Shown here piece after piece: positions 1 through 12,825 of a DNA stretch of 64,000 nt. Origin of the DNA: Psammoneis japonica (taxonomy: Eukaryota). The translations under genes were made by a program, and so were the position numbers. Under the pieces are notes generated by a model, which was not told where the DNA came from, did not search any database, and was given only the letters and a program-made list of their open reading frames with translations. The stretch is from positions 1 to 64,000 of the forward strand of contig QPGO01000298.1 of assembly GCA_008632985.1 (NCBI GenBank). Reading direction: 5' to 3'. Each line of letters begins with the position of its first letter. The first letter of the stretch is position 1.

Positions 1-1070
1 AGACAACGACAAGGTGGTCGCCGTGTCGCTAACCTGACATTGTCAATTTCCCCCTGATTTGCCGTGTTGTCACTCGTCTGTGATTGACACACCGTTGATT
101 CGGATGGAAAACAATCATGTGGCCAAAGTGTCAACTAAACAGACACACACAAACACACAGAGTTTGTGCTGTGAAGGCCTGTCAGAATGGAGAGCAAATG
201 GGGTCTCGCGTCCTGAAACCGCCATTGTCGAGTCGTCGTGGTTCCCGTTCGCAAGAGCAGGCATCGTGCTCAAATCGTGGTCGTCAAGATTCCGTCAGAC
301 AAATGTCTGACCGTTAAATTCTCATTTGGGGCCTGGCCCCAAACAAGCAATTTCATGTGTCAAAGGGTTGACATGTCACAAAAGCTGTTCCATGAGGTTC
401 CCACTCCCTCACAACAAGTCTTGCATGCCTTGCAACAAACATCGCTGTGCACATTGTGCCTTGTGAACTCTTGTCAGAACCTGGAAAATCCACAAAAACC
501 AACTGCACTCCTGCAATGGATCTCAACTGTCAGTCACTCAGTCACTCACTCACAAACGAAACTTCCACATCACTTGCCCAGGGTGGTCAGTGAAAAGGAG
601 ACAGCATGAACAGCTGTTGTTGTCCGAATGGCATGGTCTGTCATCCGCACGTGTCAAAAACATGTCCTGGAACTGCTTGCGCTGCTGCCTCATCAATGTT
701 CATAACTTGACAGTCCAATCAAGTCCTCTGAAGTCCATTTTAGACTTGGCGGACTGTGGCAATGTTTGTGCAACTTTGATGGAGGGCCTCACTCGCTTGC
801 AATCAAACAAAGTGAGGTCTAAAGAGCAGACAACATTCTCAGATCAGAGATGAATCCAAGAACAAAGGACTTCCTTTAGAACAGATCGAGCAGACAGAAC
901 TTGGTCAAATCAGTCTCATCTTTTTTAATGTTGGTGAAGAGACTGATTTGGCAGGCATGGATTCCTGGATGAATTCAGCCATGGGGGCTGTCTCCTGAGC
1001 ATGGACTTAAGGACAAGAACATCTCAGTTTGTGTGGCAGTGGTGTCAGAAAGACAGATCATAGAGTTCTC
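1..1070. other. TpA-depleted decayed repeat-like sequence, family not identified
   Basis: Few TA dinucleotides, mostly in TTA/TAA/TAG contexts. ORFs lack Tyr and end in TGA. Normal composition resumes at about 1100-1200. Confidence 0.6.
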
Positions 1071-1447
1071 TGTTAAATCCAAATGCACGGGTTTTGTTAG
1101 TCTGGAGCCTAATCATTCGGACCCTTAGGCAGCTTTCCGCGACTGGAACGAATCCGTGATTCCTTCTATCCCGGTCATGTCTGAAAGATACCCAATGCGC
1201 GCTTACCGGTAGTAGAGTAGAGTGCGCTCAAACAAGTTCTTTTCCTTTTGCTTTGCGATTCTCTCTCTTGGCCTTTTGCCATAATCTCGATAGAATCTAA
1301 TTTAGTAACGACTTTCCCGTCATTGGAAACTCTTTGCTTTGAAGTTCTCGAGACACCAGCCTTAGCTTTACTTTCCTAGTTCCATCCGTTTGTTTGGATC
1401 TAACAGGTCATTTGCCCAAATTGCGTTTCGCACCCTAGTTTGACAGA

Positions 1448-1762
1448 ATGGGAAGCAAGAAGAGACCTTCTCCCCATCGCAAGGGTTCTGCCCGCAACCC
1501 CGTGCATCCCATTGACTTCGATGCGGAAAAGCATGACAATCCCGAGTTCCAAGTATCCCTTGTCTTCGACGGCAACAAGGAACTCACTATCGCTTTCCAA
1601 ACCGCGACGGTGAAAGCGCGTTGCTTCCAATCGAGAGTCGACACGCCACAGTTGCATCGCTTGCTACTTTACAACGCGTGCTTGGCTGTGATCCTAACAA
1701 GGAACATGTGTCCGGTTGGCTGGTTTTATCGAAGCGCGATACCTTCCCAACTCCACGAGTAA
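1448..1762 (+). CDS. Possible small hypothetical protein (MGSKKRPSPHRK...)
   Basis: ATG-initiated 104-aa ORF in normal-composition DNA. No recognisable domain. Confidence 0.25.
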   Translation: MGSKKRPSPHRKGSARNPVHPIDFDAEKHDNPEFQVSLVFDGNKELTIAFQTATVKARCFQSRVDTPQLHRLLLYNACLAVILTRNMCPVGWFYRSAIPSQLHE

Positions 1763-1969
1763 CGATTTGTACTTTTCGCTGTATTGACCTTTCCTCCGGC
1801 CTTGCTCAGCATTGTCAGTTCGTCCCTCATTATCCAATCCATTCTCTCTGGACAAACCGCCACAATGACAATGAGACGCGCCATAGAATTAGGCGCAAAA
1901 TTATGATCCTACTTTTTGTTGAAAGTTCTCCACATATCTCACTCGAATCCCTGTTTATGAGGAGTGGTA

Positions 1970-3617
1970 CTATGTGAAAGAAAACCCCGCTGAAGCTGAA
2001 GTTCGGATCGACTCGAGTGCGGTCGTGTCGATATTCACATAGCTCGATGTGCAAAGAAGATCCACCCGTGCCGCTGATGCCCGCGTACCAGACGTAATCG
2101 TCCATGATTTGTTGAAGTTTACTGTCAGTGTGCTCGAAACGTCATCGATAAACACAATATAAACATGAACTCGGTCAAACTCCAATCGTGCCCGGACCAC
2201 AGTAACAAAATCCTGCCAGAACGTGTCGACATTGAATCCATGGTTTGAAGCCTTCGTGTACTGGAAAGAATACAATACACGTCCCAGAACGACAGCGGCG
2301 TCAATGTTTGGAAAGTTCGGAACACTGGGGATCCAGTATGCATTTTTCTCCACCAGCTGCTTCACTCCCTCCGACGTCGTACCCGACGAGACGCAAACCT
2401 TCGTTATTTCACCGGGCAGGGACTCCTTGAACCACTGATGGAGTATTTCTTCGAAGTAGACACCAACAACTGTCCCACTCTTGATGGCCTTTCCTCTCAG
2501 CAGGGCAGCGAAATAGGATTCCATGGGTAGACGGCCACGGAGAATTTGTAAGACACGTGCTGAGTCGACAATCTGGATAGCGTCAGGGATCGCCTTTGAC
2601 ACGGTCTCACCATTAAACATGGTACGAAGACGGTCTGGGCTTCCATTCGTCATCATTCTCTCTCGTAGTATGATTTAACACCAGATCAACTTTCGACAAC
2701 GTGACTCGATTTACGAGAGCTTTCAATGCCGCCTTGACCTGTGCACGTTCGTCGCTATCTCCATCGACGAAGGAGATAATGTCTCGTATGCATCCACCAC
2801 AAACCTTGTACGCTTGGATGAATTCCGCCGCCGTGCGACCAAGCAACGTAGCAAACAACTGCACTTTAGTCTCTGTCCATCCATCAAGAATCCATAGAAA
2901 TAGATCTTTCTGCGCATTTTTGGGAAGCGGGTGACCCCCAGAAGTGCAAAAATATTCATAAAATGCATTCAAATCCGGTTTCGCGTCGTGCCGAGGTCCA
3001 TCCAGGAAGACAACAAACTCTTTTCGGAAACCACTGATGATAGCTCTCCTGAGCTGGGCGATAGTTCTAAACTGATCTTTTTGTATGCGACGATCACTGA
3101 ATACACGCACTCCACCCGCCGTGCGGAACATGACAAAAACTGAAATACTCTTCTCTTCTCGGGTTTTCCGAAAGTACGCGACGGGGCGTTCCAGCGTCTC
3201 TGCCTTGTAAAGGGCGGCGATAAAAAAATAGTGCTGATGTTCCAACGCCTGGAGAACCAAGCAGAACACGGTTTGAATTCCTTTTGAGCGTGTCTTGACG
3301 GAAATGCCCAAATGTCCCCTTCATGCAATCACGGATGTAGATTTGACCCGGCAGGAATTCGTCGTCCGCTAATTTCAGGGGGGGCAGTAATTTTTCCAGG
3401 CTGACGATCTGATTCCCCGCCGATGGGTCAAAACAACCAAACAACGGTCTAAGGGCTGCCGAGCTAATGTCGTGGGATTGAAATTGAATCCCTTCCATGG
3501 AGGAAAGGTCGTCCGGAACGTCGTCATGCTTGGAACGTCTTTCGTGCCAGAACGAGTCGTCGTCGCGGCCGCTACTTCTACTTCCAGGTCCATTTCCGTG
3601 GCCGTTCCCCCCATCAA
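1970..3617 (-). pseudogene. Crinkler (CRN)-like P-loop NTPase + restriction-endonuclease-like protein, split by at least 3 frameshifts (pseudogene or assembly indels)
   Basis: Consecutive minus-strand ORFs give IYIRDC, a Walker-A-like VLLGSPGVG(T)S, a Walker-B-like VVFLDGP, YKVCGGCIRD, PDRLRTMF, VGVYFEEILHQWF and YWIPSVPNFPNIDAA...FQYT. This matches CRN-type NTPase-REase architecture. The region has normal TA content. Confidence 0.6.
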
Positions 3618-3725
3618 GCCCTCAGCATCGTCTATCTTTGCTTTCTTAACTCGTTATTAGCTGCTATGCTTTATCGCGGGCGACGCAACAGGAGAAATAA
3701 GACTGCCGAAGACGGCTTTTGGATA

Positions 3726-5965
3726 TTAGGGCCTATTAATTATGATGTCTATGGGGTTGGTACGTGGTTGTCGTGGTGGGGAAATAGGTGGTGGGAGAGG
3801 CGCGCGGAGCGCGCTTGGCGAGGGAGAGAAAAAGGGTTGGCCGAGGGTGCGGACAGACGGTTGTGAGGAGGAGTTGCGGAGGAGGAAAGCTTGACATGTA
3901 GAAAGGTGGTTGGAAAGAGCAAAGCCGAAATTGAGACTGAGGATTTGGGAGGCCCAGAGCAGGGGTGTTGCTGCATGATGGGAGGAGCCGAAGTGGTCGG
4001 GTGAAAGTTGTTTCCAGGCCGCGTTGGATTGGGCGAGAGGAGGTTGGAACAAGGAGCCAAAGGGAGTTGGTGAAGGCGGAGAAGGATGCTTGCGAGTTAG
4101 ACAAGGAGGATGGGCTTGACCAGGGTAGTTTGGGAGGAAGGGGTGGGACGGAGGAGGAGGTGGTGGTGGAGGCGCCAAAGAGAAGAAGACATGGAAGTGA
4201 CATCCAATGCCTCCGAGGTGGTTGAAGGTGAAAGGGAGGAGGAAGAGGCCTGCTTGGTTGATGGCATCAATGACGTCAGAACCGTGAGCAGAGGATGTAG
4301 AGCGGCCGAGGAGCTTGTCCCGAGTGCTGCTGAGGCGAACCTTGTTGAGTGGGTTTTCAGGGACAGGCAAACCAGGTGCAGGAGGCGGGGGAGCTGGTGG
4401 CACAGTGATGTCGATTGCTGGGAATTGATGGGTGGATGGGGCGTTTGGTGGTGTGGAGCCGGGAGTGAGTTGGACGCCGACGTCGGCGGGGCATTCCAGA
4501 GGGTGGTCGGGTGGGAGGCCGGCAGGGTCAAGGTGGGCTTGTTGGCGAGATCGGCAGAGACTGCACAGAGGGCCAAGGGTTTCAATGACAGTGCAGACAG
4601 TGTCACGGATGTGGTTGGACAAAGGGCCTTTGTGCATTTTGGAGCAGGCAAAGGCGTGATCGCCGCATGGGTCGGGGCAGGCGTGGCCGCATGGGCAGTT
4701 GTGTTGGGAGAGATTGGATGGGACAATGGGAAGGTGGAGCTTGCGCAGGAGGAGGATCGTGAAAAGGTGTGGTGGAAGGCGGTTGGAGGTGGAGGTGCGG
4801 GATGGGGAGTGAAGGCACAGGCTTGTCAGCGGGGACAACAAGGATGGGAGCGCCGGTTGGATGGAACGATTGGCAAGGATTGGGGGGAGAGTGTTGTGTG
4901 TGTGACAGTGCAGGTGAAGGCGCTGTGAGAGACCGCGCAGGTTGTGGTGTTTAACAGCGTGTGTGAGGGAGGTGAAGGAGGAAGAATCAAGTTTGAGAAG
5001 GGTGGGAGCGCAGTGGCGGAAGATGCGGTAGAGGGAGAGAGTGGAGCGAGGGTTGGACCATGAACCAAGAGCAGCAGAGCGGCTTGAGGGAAGGTGGAAG
5101 ATGGCACCACCGGTGAGTGGGATGCCATGTTTGGTGTGACGGATGGATCGGAGGAGGGAGGTGATTAGAGCAGGGACGGCGATGGCGGAGACATCTCAAC
5201 ACCCGATGCCACCTGAGGAGACGGGCAGGGTGGCAATGAGTTTGGAGGCGGATGGGAACGGGTTGGCATGTTTGGTGAGGCAGGTGAGGAACCGCAGGGA
5301 GTGGCCGATGATTTGGTCGGTGAAGGGGGATCCCCATTGAAAAGGGGGTGGGAAGTTGTCGGAGTGTGCAAGGTTGCAGCATGCATCACAGCGGATGGCA
5401 GGTGGGTGATGGAAGGGATGGAGCACTTGCAGAAGAGTGTGCTTTGTGTTTGTTTGTTGGCAAGGCAGACGGTGAGGCGATGAAGGTCGGTGGCAAAGGA
5501 GGTGGCCTTGTCATGCAGGAAATCGAGGGCGAAAGTGGGTGAGCTGATGGGTCGACCGAGGAAGCGGGTGGCAGTGGTGATTTCGGGCATGATGTGGGGA
5601 TTGTTGTGGGGATTTAGGAAGGTTAAGGCTTCGGAGAGTGCGGCAGCATTGGTGGGCGGGAGGCGGTTGATGGGAGAAGAGCCGGTGATGGATGTGAGAA
5701 TTTGGGTCTTGGAGGTGTTGAGCTTGATGCCGAGCTGGGGGCCGCAGGTGGAAAGTCGTTTCAGGAACCAAGGGAGCTGGGAGAAGGGAAGGAAGACATG
5801 GGCATCATCAACGCACAAAGAGGTAGCAGATTTGGAATGGGGAGGAAGTCGATGACATAATTCGTCATTGATGGGGTGGAATGCGCGGGCCAAAACAAGG
5901 CAGGAAAAGGCAGGGCTGAGGGGGCAGCCCTGGGCGAAACCCTCGGGTTGAGAAAAGGAGGACCA
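3726..5965 (-). mobile_element. CRE/R2-superclade non-LTR retrotransposon remnant (RT + Zn finger + REL endonuclease), 5'-truncated
   Basis: GFAQGCPLSP (~5905-5945), LCVDDA (YVDD with Y->C), GIKLNTSKT, RFLGRPI, LPVSSGGIG, CPCG...DPCGDHAFAC...H, PADVG, AIDITV and LLPFTFNHLGGIG. Confidence 0.85.
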
Positions 5966-5969
5966 TTGT

Positions 5970-8900
5970 AATTGGTGGTTGCAGTGCCAGCAAGTGTCAG
6001 GCTTGGTGCCGCTGTGGGCTGTTGCTGGGGCGTTGCCTCAGCTCCTTGTGTTGGGTGTGCAGTTGGGCTTGTTTGAGGGAGGCTGTTTGACGGACAGACA
6101 CCTCTGGTCAATCCGCCAGTTGCTCGCCCCCCTCCCGAGGCTCTTCCTTTGGCTGTCTCAGCTGCCGGTGAGACAGCGGTGCATGAGCCGCCCCTCCTTC
6201 CAACAATCTCGCTCATCAAGCTTCGCTTTCCTTTTGACCTTCGGAGTCACTTCGCAGACATCTCAGCACCATCACCATCCTTGGCCTCTGCCTCTGGCGG
6301 AAAAAATGCTGCGATCGCTGCGAGAGGCACGCCTCGGAGGAGAGGATCCACTTCTCTTGGGTCTGCACAACAAAAGATGGGACAATGGAAAATGAGCTCT
6401 TCTTTGTGTTGGTTGATTGATGCCGGCACTGCTGCCCACTTGTTCTGTGATGCAGCTCCTCTCGTGCTTGTCATCGTCAAGATGCACTGGCTGTTTTTGC
6501 AGCTGATTTGGAGAAAGTGAGCTGTTCCTTCCCTGTTTTTGAAATTGTTTGAGTCAACCTGCCCCCAATTTTGCCACTCTTTCCACAGCAATGCCAACTT
6601 GTTCATGTCCAAAGAAGCCCATTCCATGAACGGAAATGAGGCCAGTCATTGGCAGCATTGGCGGGACCCACAGCTCTTGTGGGACTCAGGTTTCAGCGGG
6701 GATTTTTTGTCACATGACTGAGCTCAGAAACCCTGGGGTGCTCTTTGTGTTCTCCTGCCATGTGTTGGCACAACTGCCATGGTGTTTTTCTTTTCAATCA
6801 TTCTTTTGATGTCTGGCCCCAGTGATGGTGACTTCCTGCCACCCGCATCCAGGGTCCTGGTCCCATCCAAGATTCATGTCCTGCAGTCATGGCTTGCAAG
6901 ATCAGCATGGAGGATTGTTCCATTTTTTCTCTGGAGTCCAAGGCATTTGCTGAGCACATCCACTGCATTGGAGCTCCACACAATTTGAAACAAAGGGGCA
7001 ACAAGCTGCTTGCTGGCATTTGTGATGATTTCCTGAAAAAGAAGTGATCATCTGTCGTTCATGACAGAGAATCTGTTGACAGAGATTCCATCACTCATGG
7101 GAGAGAAGCTGTTCCACCCGAGCTGTGTTGCCCAGACACAGCCAACAGCCTTGCCAACTCCAAGCCACCTTCCCACCCGAATCATGACTCCTCTCCAACC
7201 CTGGACCTCATTCCTGGACACCTCATGAACGTGCTTCTGTGAAAACAAGACCCGCTGCAGCCGGTCATGACAACACACAGCTGCAAGGTTGACAAGGATT
7301 TCCCCTTTTAAGCTGAGACAATCACGCTTCCCAGCTGGGAGCACTGCAAATGTTGCATCCTCAGAGATGACAGTGCACATGCTCGCAGGACGTGGGTCTG
7401 CCACATGCTTTCCACTTGGTCCCAAGGTTTGCCAACACTGGTCAAGGATCATGCAGAGAGGCCAAAACAGGACAAATTGTCTCTCAAACCAAAGGATGTG
7501 CCCCCCGCTGCACAATTGCTAAACTCTTGGTTTCTGACAACCCATCTGTTGCCCCATTGTTTGCCACCCAAGAGCTGATGGACAAGGTGAGCAACAAGAT
7601 TTGTCACTTGCTCGATTCCAACAACAGAAGCAATGACCACCATCCAAAGGCATGCGGTGAACCACATGCCACTAAACCTGCAAAGATCAAGCACACACAA
7701 GACTTGCTTGCCTTTTTGTTGAAACCACACTCTTCATCTTCTGGCCACCCACCAGCCCCAGGTGGTTGCCTCCAAGGTCCACATGAATGAAACAACCAAA
7801 GAACTGTGCAAGGCTGGATGCCAAGGAAAGTGACACACAGAAGAGGGAATGCCGCACAGGGAAATGTTTTGTCTTCCAATGCCTGACATGGAGAGGATCT
7901 GTCAAAGAATGTGCAGGACAGGATCCTTTTGTGTCAGCAAAATTCCGAGGAATCGCACAACAAGAAAAAAGGAAAGCAAGGGTCCATTCTTGCCTGCAAA
8001 AGACAATGCGCAGTCATCTTTTCATCCCTCGGTTTGCTTTGCAACATCTGCGACTGCAAGGATCTTGAGCACAAAATGGTTGGAACAACAGACGGCATGC
8101 ATGGTTTTGTTGGCAACGATTTCATTTTTGCACCACACATGATTTGTTCAGCATGGACGACTTGCACTTTGCCGGTGGACTGTGCTCTGATCACTTGCAC
8201 TCGTTCTGGAATGCATTCAAACTGCTGTTTCCCAAAGACCATTTCACAACTTGCCACCTGCACCTCATGCAGAAATTCTGAACCCTGCTTTTCCATGAGA
8301 AAGCAAAACACAGACAATGCCAAAAGCATGTCCAAGACCAGAGTTTCCTCATGTGGGTTGCCACAAAAGATGTGAGGAAGCTGCATCGATGCAAGACATG
8401 GGAGCTTTTCTGCCCCATGGTCAAGATGGTTGTTCATTCACAGAAAATGGCAGGAGAGACCAAGCTGGCAGAAGTCTTTGATTTCCAGCACATTGAGAAC
8501 AAAGATTTTTGTCGGTGGCACTGTCCCACATTCAGGGAGCCAGGCTGCACACCACAAAACAACTTGCATGAAAGGTGAGTCTCAACCATTTCATTCTTCA
8601 CAATAAATTCCCAAGTCATGCACTCATGCCATTGTCCCTTCCCTGTCAAACAGAACGGATGTTGAAATTGGGGGAAGCAACCAGTTTGTTGGTTTGCTTC
8701 CCACCGGTGTGTCAATGCATTGGGCTGGAAAGGGTTGGTGCATTCTTGATGAGGACAAGGCACTCACACAAAATGTTGTGGCAGAAATTGGCAGGACAGA
8801 TTTAGAAGAAGATGTAGTTCCACACAAGGGTGGCTGCTTGGCGAACACCAAGGATTCTCTTGGACCCCCACTGATCCAACAAGAATTGTCGACCATGAGA

Positions 8901-9950
8901 ATGCCCTGAGGGGCCACTTTGTTGGCGAGTGCAAACATTCACATGATGCCTTGCACAAGCCAACTGCCAGTCTGTGCCACACAACAATGAAACACATGCC
9001 TGATGGACACACTGTTTGCATGGGCAACTGTGAAGAGTTCTGTGCAAGACGACAAAGTGTCCTCATTCTGCTGTGTGCTTCAGTGCAAAGAAATCCTGTC
9101 ATCTTGAACGAACAAGTTGCTGGTCAGGAAAAGAGCTCATCAAAGTCATCAGATGGATGATGCCAGGACTGTTCAAGTGGCAGCAGAGCAACATGAGAAA
9201 ATGAGGTTTCAGGATGCCAGGAGGAAGCTGATTCCACCAAACAAAACAACTTGCTGTGAATCAAGGATGCAGGAAGCTGTTGTGGCAGTGATGCCAAATG
9301 CCACCAAATGAAACAAGTCACTTTGCCTTGCAATGTTGGCATGTGATGCACCCTGATCCACAGCCATGCTGCATGTGCATGGAACATGTGATGTGCTGTG
9401 CTGGTTGCTTTTGCACCTGTCACCACCACACACGACAACAGAAGCAGCTTGGCACTTCACAACACACATTTTTCCCTGATGCCGCAGTGGCCATGATGCC
9501 AAGCAGATCAAGGATGGGGGTTGTTGGATTTGCAAATTTTGCAGCTGCCCTCACACTTTGCTTGGAAGTCATGTGTGTTTCTCGCATGACAAAGTCAGAG
9601 CACACATGTCTCAAAACTCTTTGCAAGAGATGGCTCAGTGTCGCTGACCTGGGATGGTGAAACCATCAGCCATTCACTTGACAGTTTGATGTTAGACACT
9701 TTACTCATGATGATGATGGTCCTGTGGCACACTGTGACAACCACTCTAGCCACCAGCTGCCACCAGTTAGAGGGCCCTGCACCAACTCTAACTGTTTACA
9801 ACTGATTTGACTGTGTCGACTAACTGCGAAAATGCGAACGTCTGTCCCTGATGCGTTATTTGGATTTTCGATTTTGATCCTCACGTGACACGCGATCTTT
9901 TTCATTTTTTACGACCACATCATCATCATTCTCACAGACCTCACAGAAGC
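5970..9950. other. Heavily TpA/CpG-depleted decayed coding-like sequence, probably a TE inserted in or abutting the LINE; family not identified
   Basis: Only a handful of TA dinucleotides in about 4 kb. Overlapping C/H/M-rich, Tyr-free ORFs in all frames. No motif I can name. Confidence 0.45.
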
Positions 9951-10052
9951 TTCCTACCACGAAATTGACATCATCTGCGGCAGCTGTCACCGTTCGTGGC
10001 AACACGCACTAGCTAGATTCAAACAGTACAGTATATTGTGAACGAACCAACC

Positions 10053-10596
10053 ATGGGCTTTGGAGATGATCTCGCATCGCGCTACGCCGCCAAGAAGGAG
10101 GAGTGGAACGACAAGGTAGAGGACGCAAACGAGGAAATTAAAGGAAATCTGGAAGAGGCGGGAGACCGGTACAAAGATAAAATCGATGATGCTGGAAAGG
10201 AAATCGCAGCCAAATATGGAAAAGGTACGTAGTATACGTAGTACATTGTGGTTTGGTTTATATCGTTTGCTTTGTAACTCACGTGCCTTCCTGCTTGATA
10301 ATATTTTGAATTTTACAGAGGCTATTGAAGGCAAATTGGAGGATGCCAAGCAAGGTGTGAACGACGCAATCGAAGATACCACTCAGGGCTGGAAAGATCA
10401 GGTGACTGAGACCACTCAGGGCTGGAAGGACGATGCTAATGAGGCTGTGGAGGGCGCCAAGGAGAAGTACGATGACAAGAAGCAGGGTTGGAAAGACAGT
10501 GCCGATAACTGGAAGGAGGGCGTTCAGGGCGACTATAACAAGTGGAAGCAGGATGCCCAAGACAGTGTCGACGATGCGCTCCGTCGTGATGACTGA
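10053..10596 (+). CDS. LEA-like / hydrophilic repeat protein, about 149 aa, 2 exons (10053-10224, 10319-10596)
   Basis: ATG at 10053. GT-AG intron 10225-10318 (gtacgt...taactcac...ttttacag) joins the exons in frame (K-E-A-I-E). D/E/K/A-rich with 11-mer repeats (TTQGWKDQVTE/TTQGWKDDANE). Confidence 0.8.
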
Positions 10597-11196
10597 TTGT
10601 GAAGCGTGAAATCTATGTGGACAATAGGAAGTAAAGCATTAAAATTTGTACTGTGATTGTTAGCAACTTGCCAAGTTTGAAGTGGATTGAGTCACAAGTA
10701 CTGCATTTTCTGAGTTCGGCCCACCACCCAAAATCACTGCTAACTCTAACTTACACTATCCACCTCTGTCAAAAGTCACGCGTGGTCGGGGCTACCTTGC
10801 AACTACATCCTACGCCTTTTGCACAAGGCAGGCCAAAATCAATGGCGCAAGAAACTAACTATGAACTACCGCGGTAACTGCGTACGGTAGTTAACAGTTG
10901 TTTTCAATTCGCATTGGTCAGGTACGGCAAGCAGAATGATCCACGTGTTACAGCAACAAGCAAAATGGCAACCCCAGCCAACACAGCCCATTCAGTCTAT
11001 GCCACATCTCTTTTCAGATCAAAGATATTTCAAATGCAGAGCACCTTACAACATAGAATTACACTACCTGCTCTGCACATAACTTTCTTCAGGAAGACGT
11101 TTTTAAATACTGTAGTACTCGATAAAACGAGATAGGTAATTTTGCGACACTGTCTTTCCCTTGTGAGTCTGCGTCGTGCATAACGTTGCTCTTTAA

Positions 11197-12045
11197 CTAA
11201 TTCTGGCTGCTCCAATCAAAGCCGATAAAATCTAGGGCTTTCTTGCGATCGCTGCGGAGTTCACCCTTTTTGTGATAGAAACGCTGCTTGGTGACCCACC
11301 TCGCCAATGGCAACGTCTCTTTAAAATTCCGAGAGACGCGACAATGACCGTTTTCAAGCTTGAACTCTTTCAATCGTTGAAACTTTTCCTTCCACGCATC
11401 GTCCTTGTCTGTAAGGCGCTCTATCTTCCACACAAATCCAATGGAATCCAAAGCTTTCTTGAGATCGCGACGGAGCATACCTTGGCTGTAAAGGTCACGC
11501 TGAGTCCGAACCCAAATTCCCAACAAGGCGTCTTTTCCGGCAAGCACAGGGACGCAACAATGACCGTTCTCCATCTGGTAAGCTTTCAGTTGCTCAAACT
11601 TTTCTCTCCATGACAATAAGTCGTCACGATAACTATTGCTGGATCTCTTTGCAGTGCTCGCGACGACTCTACGGCGCTTATTGTGAGTACTACTGCTGTC
11701 ATTGTTGTGCTCTTCAGCATTATCCTCTTTCACGGTTCTCTTTGCAATGCTCGCGACTCTACGGCGCCTATGAGTACTGCTGCTGCTAACGGTTCTCTTT
11801 GCAACGCTCGCAACTCTACGGCGCTTATTGTGAGTACTGCTGCTGATGCCATTGCTGTACTCTTCAACATTATCCTCTGCCTCGCCGTCGTTTTTCTGGA
11901 AGGAGGGTGTTTCGTTGTCTGATTCTTCATAGAAACACACGACAGCCACCAATGGTTTGTCGCGCATCATGAAATCGCTACTGTTGTTGTTCTCATTGAG
12001 ATTATTATTTTCGCACTCGGTTTGACTCGTAGAAGTTTCACTCAT
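11197..12045 (-). CDS. Helicase-associated (HA) domain protein with two HA repeats
   Basis: W..KFEQLKAYQMENGHCCVP...LGIWVRTQR...LDSIGFVW and a second WKEKFQRLKEFKLENGHCRV...LARWVTKQR...LDFIGFDW. Three internal SSSTH(NK)RRRV repeats. Start codon uncertain (12135, 12045 or ~11969). Confidence 0.88.
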   Translation of the reverse strand: MSETSTSQTECENNNLNENNNSSDFMMRDKPLVAVVCFYEESDNETPSFQKNDGEAEDNVEEYSNGISSSTHNKRRRVASVAKRTVSSSSTHRRRRVASIAKRTVKEDNAEEHNNDSSSTHNKRRRVVASTAKRSSNSYRDDLLSWREKFEQLKAYQMENGHCCVPVLAGKDALLGIWVRTQRDLYSQGMLRRDLKKALDSIGFVWKIERLTDKDDAWKEKFQRLKEFKLENGHCRVSRNFKETLPLARWVTKQRFYHKKGELRSDRKKALDFIGFDWSSQN

Positions 12046-12825
12046 TGTAAGTGCAACCGGCTGTTTGCAAGTGCACTTGCAGTTGACACTACAATCACAA
12101 TGATGTGGAGCCGTGTTGTTGACATAGCGTGCCATCTGCCATCAGTCACCGCAATGCGCAGAAAAGCAGCCGAAAGTTGGCAAGTTCCAAAGTTGAAAAG
12201 GTTGAGGGACAGGCGAGCGAGCCCCCGCCCGCCCTGCGCGCGCCTACCGCACCGACCCACTCTGAGACATCGGGTCTGTCTGTCGCCCGACTTTGCTTCT
12301 CTCGGTCGCTCGGATGAGCGAGCATTGACGCTCTTCACAATGGCTGTGGGCCGCCACAGGCCCGTGCATAGAAGCAGCAGGCCGCAGGTGGGGCTCTCTT
12401 CTCTCGAACCCTGAAGAACAAAGAAGCCGTTCGCATTAAGAACAAGGCAATGTGTGCTGTTGTCGTTGCAAAGCACTCGAGACCATGACAAGCAGGTCCA
12501 GCAAGTGCAGGCACGTGGAGAGATGATTCGGCGCAGGTGCAATGTCATTTGCAACTGCACGTGGTTCACGTCCATGGGTGACCACTGCGTTGTTCATACA
12601 GCGAAACTCTACCCCATCATTCAAATCGAATGCTGTCGCTGCAACACTGGAATGATGAGAACATCAAAACTGCCCAAGCAAAATCAAGACTGAAAGTGCA
12701 CCTCTGCGAGAAGACGCGACCAACATCCGCGGGTGTTCTCGTTCACGCGTTCTCATAATTTCATAGGGCCCTACAACTATCACAAAAAACAAAACAATAG
12801 AAACAACCAGACAAGGAAAAGAAAC

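Noticed and set aside
4110..4928. 272-aa plus-strand ORF
   Set aside because: It is the antisense shadow of the C-rich LINE ORF, kept open by the lack of stop codons.
3900..9950. Classical fungal RIP, or CpG methylation decay alone, as the explanation
   Set aside because: RIP increases TA and lowers CA/TG, the opposite of what is seen. CpG decay cannot remove TA, and TA is lost where CG is retained.
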